NCBI GenBank assembly: GCA_050246755.1
Contig: JBFWVL010000001.1
Location: 416,001 to 480,000, forward strand
DNA: 64,000 bases
Reading direction: 5' to 3'
From: Bacteriovoracia bacterium
GTDB taxonomy: Bacteria; Bdellovibrionota; UBA1018; CAIPTA01
Under the pieces are notes generated by a model. The model searched no databases and was not told the DNA's origin. It saw only the letters and a program-made list of their open reading frames with translations. Made by a program: the position numbers and the translations under genes. Below are positions 46,452 through 56,578 of the stretch, piece after piece (the first letter of the stretch is position 1; each line of letters opens with the position of its first letter).

Positions 46452-47126
46452 ATGCGACTCATGCGTCGGTGCTTGTTCTTACTCCCCATATTAATCCTAT
46501 GGTCTTGCGGTAAAGCCGAAGATACGGCGCCAAGTAACTATCTCATGGGAGCGGGAGCAACCTCCCCCCATTCTCCCAATCAACCCCTGCTGCCTTCGGG
46601 CCCTCACGCGGCCGCTTTATGGAATGGCGTACGACAATCCAGTGCCTGGACTAATGCCGTGGTTTCCGTGGTGCGCGCACGCATGGGCCAGTTTGATCGC
46701 GCACGCGACGTGGAGGAGTTCTGCCCTGGCTATGGCAGCGCTTCGCTCACACAGCGAGAAGCTTGCTGGATTCGCCTAATCAGCGCGGTATCTAAATTTG
46801 AAAGCAGCTTTAACCCACGCGATACCTACCGCGAAGACAACGGCCGCATGAGCGTGGGCCTGCTCGCGCTCTCGAATGGAGAATGCCCGGAGGCGAAAGG
46901 CTCGGCTGGGCTGAAGAACCCCATCGGCAATCTACTTTGCGGCACGCGGATTATGGCGGAGCTGATCGCGCGCGACGGCAGCATCGAGAGCCCGGCCCCG
47001 CGGCGCGGAGCCTCCGCGTACTGGTCGGTTCTACGGCGGCCCTATAACCACAATGGCAATCGCCACGGCCGGCGCCACCAAATCATCCAGTTCACTCAGC
47101 AATACCGGACGTACGCCCCTATTTAA
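46452..47126 (+). CDS. SLT-like lytic transglycosylase lipoprotein
   Basis: SD AAGGAG; lipobox LWSC; FESSFNP, SVGLLALS, NP..NL.CG.RI, YWSVLR. Confidence 0.72.
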   Translation: MRLMRRCLFLLPILILWSCGKAEDTAPSNYLMGAGATSPHSPNQPLLPSGPHAAALWNGVRQSSAWTNAVVSVVRARMGQFDRARDVEEFCPGYGSASLTQREACWIRLISAVSKFESSFNPRDTYREDNGRMSVGLLALSNGECPEAKGSAGLKNPIGNLLCGTRIMAELIARDGSIESPAPRRGASAYWSVLRRPYNHNGNRHGRRHQIIQFTQQYRTYAPI

Positions 47127-47671
47127 TTTTTTAGCTTGGCCCAAATAGCCGTGTCGCGGCGGCGGTCAAACTCGATCCTGTGCTCTTGGAGGGTGCCCTC
47201 GAGTTTGTAGCCGCCGCGGCTAGGCACCGCCGCAGAACGGATATTATTCGCGTTGCAACGAATCTCGATACGGTGAAAACCCAGGCGAAATAGCTCTTGC
47301 TCCACCATACGAACGGCTTCGGAGATGAACCCTTTGCCTTCATTGGCGCCATTGATCCAATAACCGATCTCGGCGCATTCGTGCTCCCAGGAGATGGCGT
47401 GCACGCCGATATTCCCGATGTAAACGCGGTCGGGCTTGCGGAAAATTCCAAAATCGAAAATAAGCTGGTCTTGCCAATCTACGTGGGTACCGCGGATATA
47501 TTCTTCAGAATCACGCACGGTTTTCGTGAAGGCCACCCACGGCAGAAACTCCTTCAGGCGATCCCGGTCTTCGTCAATGCAGGCGAACATCACGGGCGCC
47601 GTGGCCAGCTCGTGCTTACGGAGAAAAATTCTTTCTCCGTCGATGAACTCCTTTGGATAGCTCTTCTGCAT
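47123..47671 (-). CDS. GNAT N-acetyltransferase, RimJ/RimL family
   Basis: FLPW, AEIGYWI, GKG..SEAV, HRIEIRC..NN.RSA.V..R.GY.LEG. Confidence 0.9.
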   Translation of the reverse strand: MQKSYPKEFIDGERIFLRKHELATAPVMFACIDEDRDRLKEFLPWVAFTKTVRDSEEYIRGTHVDWQDQLIFDFGIFRKPDRVYIGNIGVHAISWEHECAEIGYWINGANEGKGFISEAVRMVEQELFRLGFHRIEIRCNANNIRSAAVPSRGGYKLEGTLQEHRIEFDRRRDTAIWAKLKN

Positions 47672-47677
47672 TTCCGC

Positions 47678-49894
47678 TCAATAGCAGAAAAGCATTTCGC
47701 GGTATTTCGGCAGAGGCCAGTAGCCATTGCCGACCACGTTCTCGAGGCGGTCGCAAACGTCGCGGAGAGCGGCCATCGCCGGCAGAACTTTTTCGGCGAG
47801 AAATTTCGCTCTCGCTTCTTCTCCGCTGGCAGCGTTGGAACCCTGATAAGTCGTTTCTAGCGCCGATCTCTTCTCACCCATCTCCTTGGCCAGGTCGGCG
47901 GCTTTCTTGAGCGCATTTTCCTGGCTGGATTTATCCACGCCCGGAACTTTGCCCATCTTCGCGGCGGTTTCGGCCAGGCTCAAGAGATAAGCGTTTACCG
48001 CTGGGCTCACGAAAGAATCCACGAGCATGCGCATCGTTTCGATCTCGATGTCGATCTTCTTGAGATAGCGCTCCACGTTCACGTGATGGCGGCTCTGCAG
48101 CTCGGCCTCCGAAAGCACGCCCTGCTCGAGGAAAAGTTTCTTGGTGGAAGGATAGGTGAAAGCCTGGAGCGCTTCCGGGGTATTGCGCAGGTGCGCGAGG
48201 CCACGGCGTTCCGCTTCCACCACCCATTCCGCCGAATAGCCGTTGCCTTCGAAACGAATGGCTTCGGTGGCGATCACGGCTTCCCGGATCACTTCGAGGG
48301 CGGCCTTATCGCGATCGGCTCCGCCGTCTACGCGCTTCTTGATCTGCGCCGTTACTTCGGCGATGGCCTCGGCCACGGCCGAGTTCAGCACTGCCATCGG
48401 CAGAGAGCAGCTCGCGGAGGAACCCACCGCACGGAACTCAAACTTATTGCCGGTAAAGGCGAAGGGTGAAGTGCGGTTACGGTCGGTATTGTCTTTGGAA
48501 ACGGCCGGAATTTTCGAAACGCCCAAGCTGATCATCGCGCGCTCGGCGTTTTCGATCGCCTCGCCGCTCTTGATCTTGTTGAGAATCATCGAGAGCTGCT
48601 CGCCGAGGAATACGCTCATGATAGCGGGAGGGGCTTCATTAGCGCCGAGGCGATGATCGTTCCCAGTGGACGCGATCGAGGCGCGAAGAAGCGCGTTATG
48701 CTTGTGCACGCCCTTGAGGATCGCGCAGAGCACGGTGAGGAAACGCAGGTTCTGGTGAGGGGTGGCGCCCGGCTCGAGCAGGTTCGCGCCGGTATCGGTG
48801 CCCATCGACCAGTTATTGTGTTTGCCCGAGCCGTTGATGCCGGCGAATGGTTTCTCGTGGAGGAGCAACGCGAAGTTATGGCGCTCGGCCACCTTCTTGA
48901 GAATCTCCATCGTGAGGTGGTTATGGTCCACGGATACGTTGGCCTCCTCAAAGATCGGCGCGAGCTCAAACTGGCCGGGAGCCACCTCGTTGTGACGCGT
49001 TTTCGCTGGCACGCCTAGGCGGTAGAGCTCGAACTCCACTTCCTGCATGAAGGCCTGCACGCGCGAAGGAATCGAGCCGAAGTAATGGTCTTCGAGCTCC
49101 TGGCCCTTCGCCGGGCGGGCGCCGAGAAGCGTACGGCCGGTCATCACGAGATCGGGACGCAGGCTAAAATAGGCGCGGTCGATCAGGAAATACTCCTGCT
49201 CGGCCCCGAGGGTGGTGATCACGCGCTTCACGTTCGTATCGCCCATGAGGTGGAGGAGATCCAAAGTTTTCGTTCCTAGGTTCTCGAGGGAGCGGAGGAG
49301 AGGGGTTTTCTCGTCGAGCGCATTGCCGGTATAGCTCACGAATACCGAGGGAATGCAGAGCGTTTTTCCGTTGATCGTGGTCATCAGGAACATCGGGCTG
49401 GTGGGATCCCAAGCCGTATACCCGCGGGCCTCGAAAGTGGTGCGAGTGCCGCCAGAAGGAAAGCTCGATGCATCGGGCTCGGACTGCACGAGCTGGGAAC
49501 CGGAAAATTTTTCGATCGCGGTGCCATCGTCGGAAAAGGAAAGAAAGGCATCGTGCTTCTCGGCGGTGAGGCCGGTCATCGGCTGGAACCAGTGACAGAA
49601 GTGGGTAATGCCCATCTCCATCGCCCAGTTGCGCACGGCCTTGGCGATTTTATCCGCGAGGTCTTTCTCGAGCGCTTCGCCCGAGTGCGTGAGCTCCACG
49701 AAGCGCTCGTAGTCGGCCTTCGGGATCGCGCCCTTCAGCTCTTTTACGCCGAAAGTATGCTGGCCGAAATAATCCGAAACCGCGAGGGCGCGGCCGAGAT
49801 CGTCTTTGGGTAAATCAAATTTTCGCGGGTGCCGGTTGGTGGCGGTCTCAACGGCGCGGAAACGAACGGAAACGTCTGGACTGGAAGCGGACAT
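47678..49894 (-). CDS. Glutamine synthetase type III
   Basis: HWFQPMTG.TAEKHD, EPDASSFPSGG.R.TFEARGYT.WD, HNEVAPGQFE, KPFAGINGSGKHNNWS, DRNRTSPFAFTGNKFEFR. Confidence 0.96.
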   Translation of the reverse strand: MSASSPDVSVRFRAVETATNRHPRKFDLPKDDLGRALAVSDYFGQHTFGVKELKGAIPKADYERFVELTHSGEALEKDLADKIAKAVRNWAMEMGITHFCHWFQPMTGLTAEKHDAFLSFSDDGTAIEKFSGSQLVQSEPDASSFPSGGTRTTFEARGYTAWDPTSPMFLMTTINGKTLCIPSVFVSYTGNALDEKTPLLRSLENLGTKTLDLLHLMGDTNVKRVITTLGAEQEYFLIDRAYFSLRPDLVMTGRTLLGARPAKGQELEDHYFGSIPSRVQAFMQEVEFELYRLGVPAKTRHNEVAPGQFELAPIFEEANVSVDHNHLTMEILKKVAERHNFALLLHEKPFAGINGSGKHNNWSMGTDTGANLLEPGATPHQNLRFLTVLCAILKGVHKHNALLRASIASTGNDHRLGANEAPPAIMSVFLGEQLSMILNKIKSGEAIENAERAMISLGVSKIPAVSKDNTDRNRTSPFAFTGNKFEFRAVGSSASCSLPMAVLNSAVAEAIAEVTAQIKKRVDGGADRDKAALEVIREAVIATEAIRFEGNGYSAEWVVEAERRGLAHLRNTPEALQAFTYPSTKKLFLEQGVLSEAELQSRHHVNVERYLKKIDIEIETMRMLVDSFVSPAVNAYLLSLAETAAKMGKVPGVDKSSQENALKKAADLAKEMGEKRSALETTYQGSNAASGEEARAKFLAEKVLPAMAALRDVCDRLENVVGNGYWPLPKYREMLFCY

Positions 49895-50126
49895 GGTGAA
49901 TCCCCCGTGGTGATGAAATTGGTTGCGAGGAGATTATCATCAAAGTGGGAGCATTGATAAGGACCGTAAAATTACTTATCGAATTTTTTTGGGCGGAGTT
50001 TTTTTTGGGGAAGAGAATCTCCGACGATGCACGATCGCCAAAGAAATTTTGGATTTCTCTTACTTTGGCTCACGGAAGGAAAAAAATCCAGGAGGCGAAA
50101 AAATTCTCCTGTTAGCTGCGGCGCGG

Positions 50127-50447
50127 CTACAGCTTTTGGATAGGAAGCTGGGCGGCCTTCCACTCACAAAACCCGCCGAGATTCACCGTCTCGTAGCCGT
50201 CTTGCGCGAGAAATTCCGCCAGGCGTCCCGACCGATTTCCGGAGCGGCAGTAAAGAATCACGGGTTTGTCTTTTGGGAGCTTCGCCTTGAACTCTTGCCA
50301 TTTCGGCGTATCTTCCGAGATTTCGGAAGTCGGCATCCAGAGCGCGCCCTGTGCATAACCCGATTCCTGGAGTTCGTTTTCTTCCCGCACGTCCACGAGC
50401 ACGGCTTTTCCACTTTTCACTAGTTCTAAGGCTTCGGCTGGAGTCAT
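50127..50447 (-). CDS. Rhodanese-like domain protein
   Basis: LVDVRE..E, ILYCRSGNRS, NLGG. Confidence 0.9.
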   Translation of the reverse strand: MTPAEALELVKSGKAVLVDVREENELQESGYAQGALWMPTSEISEDTPKWQEFKAKLPKDKPVILYCRSGNRSGRLAEFLAQDGYETVNLGGFCEWKAAQLPIQKL

Positions 50448-50571
50448 AGGTAAAACTTGCCAGGGCGGAGGGCTAAGTTCAAGAGGCGGAACAAAAGAGT
50501 TGGCGGCGGCGAGGTAGAAGCTTCGCGTTAAAAGGTAAGTAAGGCTTATCGTTACGCTATTTTTTTAGCGC

Positions 50572-50595
50572 AAAAAAAAGGAGCCCGGAGGCTCC
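50572..50595 (-). terminator. Intrinsic terminator ending the glt cluster
   Basis: Minus strand GGAGCC-TCCG-GGCTCC followed by T8. Confidence 0.85.
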
Positions 50596-50618
50596 CCCTT
50601 CTCTGCGGTATCGCAAAC

Positions 50619-52643
50619 CTATCCGCCGCCGCCCACCGAGGGCGTGAAGGAGAACGGATACGATACTTCCACGATCCCTCCGCCGAGCGGCTCGGGGAAT
50701 ACCATGCTCTTGATCACGCCCACCAGGCACTTCTCCACGCTGGAGTTGCCAATGCTGGAGGATTCCACGCCCGCCTGCGATACGCGGCCGGAGCCCGAAA
50801 TCACCCAGCGAGTGAGGATACGCCCCTGGAGCGCGTTATTGCCGTTGAGCTCTTTTTTGTAGCAGTAGGAGATCTGCGAGTAGTGGCGTTTCACGATCTC
50901 GTCGATCACGCTCTTATCGAGACCGCCCATGATGATGGTATCGGCGCCGTTGCCTACTTCCACGTTCGGACGCCCGCGGCCATTACCAGTGCCGGAGAGA
51001 TTTCCTCCCTTGCCGATATTGCCCATGCCGGTGCCGGTGAGGCCGTCGCCTTTGCCGTGGTCGGAGAGGCCTTGGCTGGTGGTGGACGTTCCGCCCCCGC
51101 CGCTGCCGCTGCCCACGAGGCCCGCGCCGTTATTTCCTTCGGTATCGAAGGCGCTGTGGCTGCGCAGGTTCTTCCCGGCATTTCCGGCACTTCCCGCCGC
51201 CATGTTTTTAGAGATGGACCCGGTGATATCGCTGAACAAGGCCTCCACGTTTCCTTTGCCCTGAACCTGGCTTTTGCTGGCCGTATTCTGGCTAGGAGCT
51301 CCGGCGCCCCTATTCGAAGGGTTCGGAGATTTGGGTTTATCCGGCGAACCGCGTTTCCCCTCGGGACCAGCGGCCTTCGCGCCGGCGCCGGCATTGCCGC
51401 CCGCGGGCTTCTGCGGCGCGGATTGGCCCTTCGTGGTATTCACGATGGGTTTTTCCTGAGGCTTTGTCTTCACCGGAGCCGGCTTCGGAGCGGGCTTCAC
51501 CTCTTTGGGAAGCTGCTTGGGCGGAGGTGTGGGTTTCGGCTTCGGCTTAGGTGGCTCGGGTTTCTTTTCTTCCACTTTTTTCTCGGGCTCGGGTGGCTTT
51601 GGTTTTTCCACTACCGGCGGAGGAGGAGGAATTGGCTTGAAAATAATCGCGGCCACGCGGGGAGGAAGCTCTTCCGTCTCGAGAGATTTCTCGGGGCGTA
51701 AACCGATGAGCAATAAAATCAATGCCACCGTGAGCGCCAGCGAGCTGAACCAGATCCTGGTATAAACCGGATCGCGCTCCATCACGCGCTGGCGGCGCAG
51801 GTGCGGAGGCACCGGCGAATAGGACAAGAAGAAAGTGATGTCGCGGAACTGGATCTTCGCCTGGTCGGTTTGTTTGAGCAAAACCCGGGTAGCGCCAAGA
51901 TCGGCGAGCGGAGTCACGTTGCGGCCTGAACGCACCACGCCGGTCATTTCGTTCGTAACTTGGAGAGTTACGCCGCCGTCGAAGGTAACGAAGGGGAAAT
52001 CGGAAGTCATGCCGGGAACGCAGAAGGTAGCCTTGCGATTCTCGCCGAGGGTCACGGGATCATGATCCACGATGTGGCGCACGTCGAGGATTACCTCGCC
52101 CCAATACATCACCACTTGCAGGGCCTGCTCGTTAGCGGCCGGGTATTCGAAAATCTGGATTACGTTGCGCTCGTCCTCGAGGATGAGTGGGCGGTAGTCT
52201 TCCTGCGCGTCGTAGTACAGCTTGCGGGCCGGGCCTTTGGCCGCGGCACTCGGCAGCTGCGCGGGCGTGGAGGTTTCCTGCACCTGGGCGCGTTTGTAGG
52301 TAAGGGTTGCGAAACCAATCTTCACTTCGTCGCCGTCTTTGAGCTCGCCCGAGAGAGATTTTTTGTCATTCACGAATACGCCGGTTTCGCTGGCCATGTC
52401 GTAGATATGCGCGAGTCCTTGCTCGTCCATTTCCACCACGGCGTGCACGTTCGATACCGCGTTCTGCTGGATACGGATATCGCTAGAAAGCGCGGAGCCG
52501 ATCACGAGGCGCTTTTTATTCACCTTATAGGTTTTCTTAACCTCGTCTTTGCCCTTGCCCGTGATGAGGTTGAACACCATCACCCACTGGGTTTCGCTTC
52601 GTTCCGGAATCGCGCTCGGCGCGTTGATTTCTTTATCGTTCAT
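50619..52643 (-). CDS. Gliding motility protein GltG/PglI-like (FHA + TM + Pro/Gly-rich linker + TonB-C-like domain)
   Basis: FHA-like N-terminus (SNVHAVVE, D..S.TG.FVN), WGEVILD, TM helix, GGLDK.VI..IV.RH..QI.YCY...CL..VI....FPEP.GG..V.VSYPF. Confidence 0.85.
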   Translation of the reverse strand: MNDKEINAPSAIPERSETQWVMVFNLITGKGKDEVKKTYKVNKKRLVIGSALSSDIRIQQNAVSNVHAVVEMDEQGLAHIYDMASETGVFVNDKKSLSGELKDGDEVKIGFATLTYKRAQVQETSTPAQLPSAAAKGPARKLYYDAQEDYRPLILEDERNVIQIFEYPAANEQALQVVMYWGEVILDVRHIVDHDPVTLGENRKATFCVPGMTSDFPFVTFDGGVTLQVTNEMTGVVRSGRNVTPLADLGATRVLLKQTDQAKIQFRDITFFLSYSPVPPHLRRQRVMERDPVYTRIWFSSLALTVALILLLIGLRPEKSLETEELPPRVAAIIFKPIPPPPPVVEKPKPPEPEKKVEEKKPEPPKPKPKPTPPPKQLPKEVKPAPKPAPVKTKPQEKPIVNTTKGQSAPQKPAGGNAGAGAKAAGPEGKRGSPDKPKSPNPSNRGAGAPSQNTASKSQVQGKGNVEALFSDITGSISKNMAAGSAGNAGKNLRSHSAFDTEGNNGAGLVGSGSGGGGTSTTSQGLSDHGKGDGLTGTGMGNIGKGGNLSGTGNGRGRPNVEVGNGADTIIMGGLDKSVIDEIVKRHYSQISYCYKKELNGNNALQGRILTRWVISGSGRVSQAGVESSSIGNSSVEKCLVGVIKSMVFPEPLGGGIVEVSYPFSFTPSVGGGG

Positions 52644-52651
52644 CTAGTTCC

Positions 52652-52915
52652 TCACTTCAGCAAAAGGGAATCGCGCATCAGTTCGCGGTGAAAGTTGGGA
52701 CGTAACTTGAGCAGGCTGCCGAATTGCTTCTCGGGGGGAGTTACCACGTAGATCCCCTCGGGATTGTCGGCGGACCCTTCCACCACGGCATCATCAAAGC
52801 TCACGCTCGATTTTTTCTTATAAACGATATTAGGCTTCGGCTTGTCGCCATCGGCGGCGAAGGCCACGGTGGCGGCGATTAAAAAGAAAAAGCAGGCAGC
52901 TATACTTAGCTTCAT
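52652..52915 (-). CDS. Gliding motility protein CglF/GltF-like
   Basis: Signal peptide; IVYKKKS.V.FDD..VEG....PEG.Y......F.SL.KLR.NF..EL. Confidence 0.8.
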   Translation of the reverse strand: MKLSIAACFFFLIAATVAFAADGDKPKPNIVYKKKSSVSFDDAVVEGSADNPEGIYVVTPPEKQFGSLLKLRPNFHRELMRDSLLLK

Positions 52916-55900
52916 TGGCTCTCCTTGGTATTCCACGTATCGAGAATGAGTTTAGCGTATTCGTTCGAATCCTTGAGGGACTCAAATATCTGGGCGGCCT
53001 TGGCACGATCCCCCTTGGCGAGCGCCAGGATTCCTTCGGCGTAACGGCCGTTATTCCCCTCGCCCTGCGCGATGAGGGAGGCATCGACCGAGGATTTTCC
53101 CGTGGCCAATGAGGCGAGCGCGAGGCCCCGCTTCACTTCCTTATCGCTCGGTGAGCGCACTTCGAGCTGGCGGTACTGGAGGCTCGCGTGGCGCCATAGA
53201 CCGCTGGCCATATGGATGCGGGCCGAATTCTTTTTAGGCGCCACCGCGAACTCGTCGTGCCCGAGGGCCGCCTTGAAGCCCGCCATCGCTTTCGCCATAT
53301 CGCCTTCGCGGCCGCGGAGGTAAGCCAAGTTGTTCAGGGCCGGAACATACTTGGAATTCTTCTGGAGAGCGTAGAGATAGAAAATCTCGCCGAGCTTCTC
53401 TTCGCCCTTAAGTAAATGGTAGTTTCCGATCGCTACCCAAGAAGCTACGTCTTCGATCCGGGTGCGCAGGTTCTTGCGCTTGGCTTCGAGCTCGCCTTCG
53501 CTGGAGGGAATATCACCCATGATCCATTCGCGAGGATTTTGCCAGCTCACGCTCTGGATAAGAGGAAGCTTGTCGGGGCGGGCGTTATTCGTAACGGCCA
53601 GTACGTAGGTCGTGGCCATTACCGGCCCCACCACCTGGAGCTGTTCGCCCTTTTGCACGGCCGTATCAAGCGTTTCGGCCGCTTTTTGGTAAACCGGCGC
53701 CGCCACCGCCTTCAGCTGCGCCTTAAACTTCGCTTTATCTTCGGGCGAAAGCTCATTCGGGATCGGCGCGCGCTCGAGCTTCTGGGCGAAGCTGCGATAC
53801 GCGAGGGCCTGGCGGCGGAATGCTTCCACGCCCCAGTTTCCATCCCCGAAATCCATCACTTCCGCGTAGCCTTTTTTCAGGCGCTCGAGGGCGGCTAGCT
53901 TATCATTGATGTCTTTCTTAAGGCGAGCTTCGGGCAAATGGAGCCCGCCGTTCTCGAAAGAGGCTTCGAGGGGGCCAAGCAGTTCGAGTCGGGCTTGCGC
54001 GGCGTAGCCGAGTTCTTCCTGGGTGGCCTTGTTTCCTTTGGCCTTCACCTTGGAAATCGTAGCGCTTAAGTAGTTCTGAGCCTTCTCTTCTTCCTTCAGC
54101 TTAAAGTAAAGAATGGCGACTTCCATATTCGCGCCCGCCACATGCGGGCCGTTCGGGAACGCACTCGCGTACTTCTGGAAGCTCTTGATCGCTTCGGGCG
54201 CGTTGCCCTCATCGCGGAATCGCTTCGCCATATCGAAGAGGAACTCGCCGGCGGCTTCGCGCGCGGAGCCGATCCCTTTATTCGCGGCCTCCACGATCAG
54301 CTTGAAATCTTCGGCGGCTTTATCACCCTGACGGAGGGCGCGGCGCAGGAGGGCGGCCGAGCGCAGGGATTCTACCGATAGCTTCTGGGAACTGGCGTCG
54401 TTATTGGCGAGCTTAGGCTCGTTCAACTTGTAGAAACTTTCAAATACTTCCGCGGCATCGGAATAATTTCCCGAGAGGAAAAATTCGTTGGCGATCCCGA
54501 TGATCGCCTTCTCGGCGGCATCGTTGCCCGGATAGCGCTGGAGAATTTTTTTATAGATGCGAAGCTCGTTCGCCTTGTCGCCCACTTGCGCGTAGCTGAC
54601 GGCGGCGTTCGTGAGCGATTTACGGCGGACTTCGTCGTCTTTAGCGGCATCGGCGAGTTTTTCGTAACCGGCGGCGGCGCCCGCGAAATCCTTATTCTCT
54701 TCGGTTTTGCGCACGGCCTGAAACTGCGCGCGCGAAGCGATGGACTCGAGCTGCTTGCGGAACTCGCCCTTTTTATCCTGGGCCATCAACACGGGATTAG
54801 CGAGGAACTGCTTGGCCAGCTCTTCGGAGGCAGCATAGTCTTTCTTCTGTTCCGTTTCTTTCAGCAAGGAAGAGGCGGCATCCCAGGCTTCGGGAGATTT
54901 CGGATACTTCGCGATGATCTGATTCAAGCGCGGGCGTGCTTCGTCCATCCGTCCGCTCACCACGAGGATACCAGTGGCGCGGGCCAGGTACTCCGCGGCC
55001 TGTTTATCGTTCGGGTAGGCCTCGAGATAGGAGTCGATCGCGCCGATGATCTGGTCGGCATCGGATTTCGAGAGCGCTTTGCCTGCGCCTTTTTGCTGTT
55101 TAAAGTAAGCGTCGAGCGAGTAAATAATATTAATAGCGGAATCTTTTCCGTACTTCTTATACGCCGGATCCGACTGAGAGAGATCGAGGATGGCTTTGTA
55201 TTCCGCGGCGGCTTCGCGGTGGCGGCCGAGCTGCGTGAGCACGTCGGTCAGGTAGAAGCGAACCTCGGCGGCGTCTTCGGGCTTGATCCAGCGTGCGAAG
55301 GCGGAGAGGTAGAGGCGATAGAGCTCTTCGGCGCGCCGAAATGCCACCTTCGCGTTGCCCGCTTGATTGCCTTCGCGGTGAGCGAAAGTAGCGGCCTTGC
55401 GGACCTGGGTCTTGAGGATCTCGAGGCGCTCCGCATCGGGTTCTTTGCTATTGGTGATGAACTCGCCCGTCATCGCGGTCAGGAGCGCGGCCTGCTTGCC
55501 GCGATCGCCTTTCGAAATGGCCACGTTGAGATTGTCGACCATGATGCTGAAGCGCTGTTCTTCGCCTTCTTTGGCCGCGGCTCCGCCCATATCGAGCAAT
55601 TGCTTATTGATCGCGAGGGCCTTCGCGTATTTTCCCTGGCTCTGATAGTTCTGCCCAAGCTTGCGCAGCACGGACAAACTTTCGGCCTCACCGAAAAGAT
55701 CACCGAAATAGGAAACGGCTTTGTCCACGTCGCCGCCTTCGGAATAAAAGAGCGCAAGCGACTCGGCGGCATCGCGCTGGAGCGCCACGCCGGCCTTGGC
55801 GGCTTCCGCATTATTGCGGCCGGTGGTGATCGCTTCGCGCATCGTATTCACGGCGCGTTTATAGTCGTGCAATTTAAACTGGCTCCAGCCGAGGCCGTAG

Positions 55901-56556
55901 AGAACGCGGGCACGGGCGGGTGTTTCGGTTTTAGCGGCGCGCTCGTAGTAGGCGCGGCTCTTCTTGAAATCGCGGCTCGCGAAGGCGAAATCGCCTAGAT
56001 AGCGGTAGGCCTCCGGGGCGAAACGGCTCTTCGGGTGCTTCTCCACGATATTTTCGAAAGCCTCGGCCGCTTGTTTCTTTTTCCCGAGCTCCCACTGGTT
56101 GAAGCCGAGGAAATAGTACACTTCGTCGATGCGATCATAGGATTCTTTCTGGCGGGGAATACGGCCCAGCACTTCCACGGCCTTACCAAGCCACTGCTTA
56201 GACGTGCCGCTCTCGAGCACGGGCCGGCGGCGAGATTTTTGCTGATCGAGCGGAAGGGCCATATAGGCTTCCATCTGCTTGGACCACAGCTCATTTTCTT
56301 TCATGAAATAGAGGCGGTATTTTTCCGTATAGAGCTCCGCGAGCCGGAGCAAAAGATCCGGCTGTTTTTCACGGGCGCCGGAACGGGAAAGAACTACCTG
56401 CAGCTGCTGGATCTCGGCGTTGCGGTATTGGTCTACGCGCGCTTCCTGGGGAGTGATCACCTGATTCACTTCGGCCTGCGTATACGCAAAAGCATTGCCC
56501 GACAGCAACGCCGCCAATAGCAATACGTTCAGCGCGGACACCTTACGGCCTAGCAC
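52912..56556 (-). CDS. Large TPR protein, GltD/AgmU-like, with an extra C-terminal TPR block (start uncertain)
   Basis: LL.RLAELY.EK, multiple TPRs, AP.P..LS.E....FKAQL...A.P; GTG at 56556 precedes a signal peptide; the track ORF start overlaps gltC. Confidence 0.8.
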   Translation of the reverse strand: MLGRKVSALNVLLLAALLSGNAFAYTQAEVNQVITPQEARVDQYRNAEIQQLQVVLSRSGAREKQPDLLLRLAELYTEKYRLYFMKENELWSKQMEAYMALPLDQQKSRRRPVLESGTSKQWLGKAVEVLGRIPRQKESYDRIDEVYYFLGFNQWELGKKKQAAEAFENIVEKHPKSRFAPEAYRYLGDFAFASRDFKKSRAYYERAAKTETPARARVLYGLGWSQFKLHDYKRAVNTMREAITTGRNNAEAAKAGVALQRDAAESLALFYSEGGDVDKAVSYFGDLFGEAESLSVLRKLGQNYQSQGKYAKALAINKQLLDMGGAAAKEGEEQRFSIMVDNLNVAISKGDRGKQAALLTAMTGEFITNSKEPDAERLEILKTQVRKAATFAHREGNQAGNAKVAFRRAEELYRLYLSAFARWIKPEDAAEVRFYLTDVLTQLGRHREAAAEYKAILDLSQSDPAYKKYGKDSAINIIYSLDAYFKQQKGAGKALSKSDADQIIGAIDSYLEAYPNDKQAAEYLARATGILVVSGRMDEARPRLNQIIAKYPKSPEAWDAASSLLKETEQKKDYAASEELAKQFLANPVLMAQDKKGEFRKQLESIASRAQFQAVRKTEENKDFAGAAAGYEKLADAAKDDEVRRKSLTNAAVSYAQVGDKANELRIYKKILQRYPGNDAAEKAIIGIANEFFLSGNYSDAAEVFESFYKLNEPKLANNDASSQKLSVESLRSAALLRRALRQGDKAAEDFKLIVEAANKGIGSAREAAGEFLFDMAKRFRDEGNAPEAIKSFQKYASAFPNGPHVAGANMEVAILYFKLKEEEKAQNYLSATISKVKAKGNKATQEELGYAAQARLELLGPLEASFENGGLHLPEARLKKDINDKLAALERLKKGYAEVMDFGDGNWGVEAFRRQALAYRSFAQKLERAPIPNELSPEDKAKFKAQLKAVAAPVYQKAAETLDTAVQKGEQLQVVGPVMATTYVLAVTNNARPDKLPLIQSVSWQNPREWIMGDIPSSEGELEAKRKNLRTRIEDVASWVAIGNYHLLKGEEKLGEIFYLYALQKNSKYVPALNNLAYLRGREGDMAKAMAGFKAALGHDEFAVAPKKNSARIHMASGLWRHASLQYRQLEVRSPSDKEVKRGLALASLATGKSSVDASLIAQGEGNNGRYAEGILALAKGDRAKAAQIFESLKDSNEYAKLILDTWNTKESQ

Positions 56557-56578
56557 GCGGGTTACCGCCGAGTCTAAA

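Noticed and set aside
49895-50126. Sigma-54 promoter or glutamine riboswitch upstream of GSIII
   Set aside because: No correctly spaced GG-N10-GC consensus or recognisable riboswitch motif found by eye
51000-51640. Pro/Lys- and Gly-rich low-complexity repeats
   Set aside because: Expected periplasm-spanning linker of GltG/TonB-like proteins
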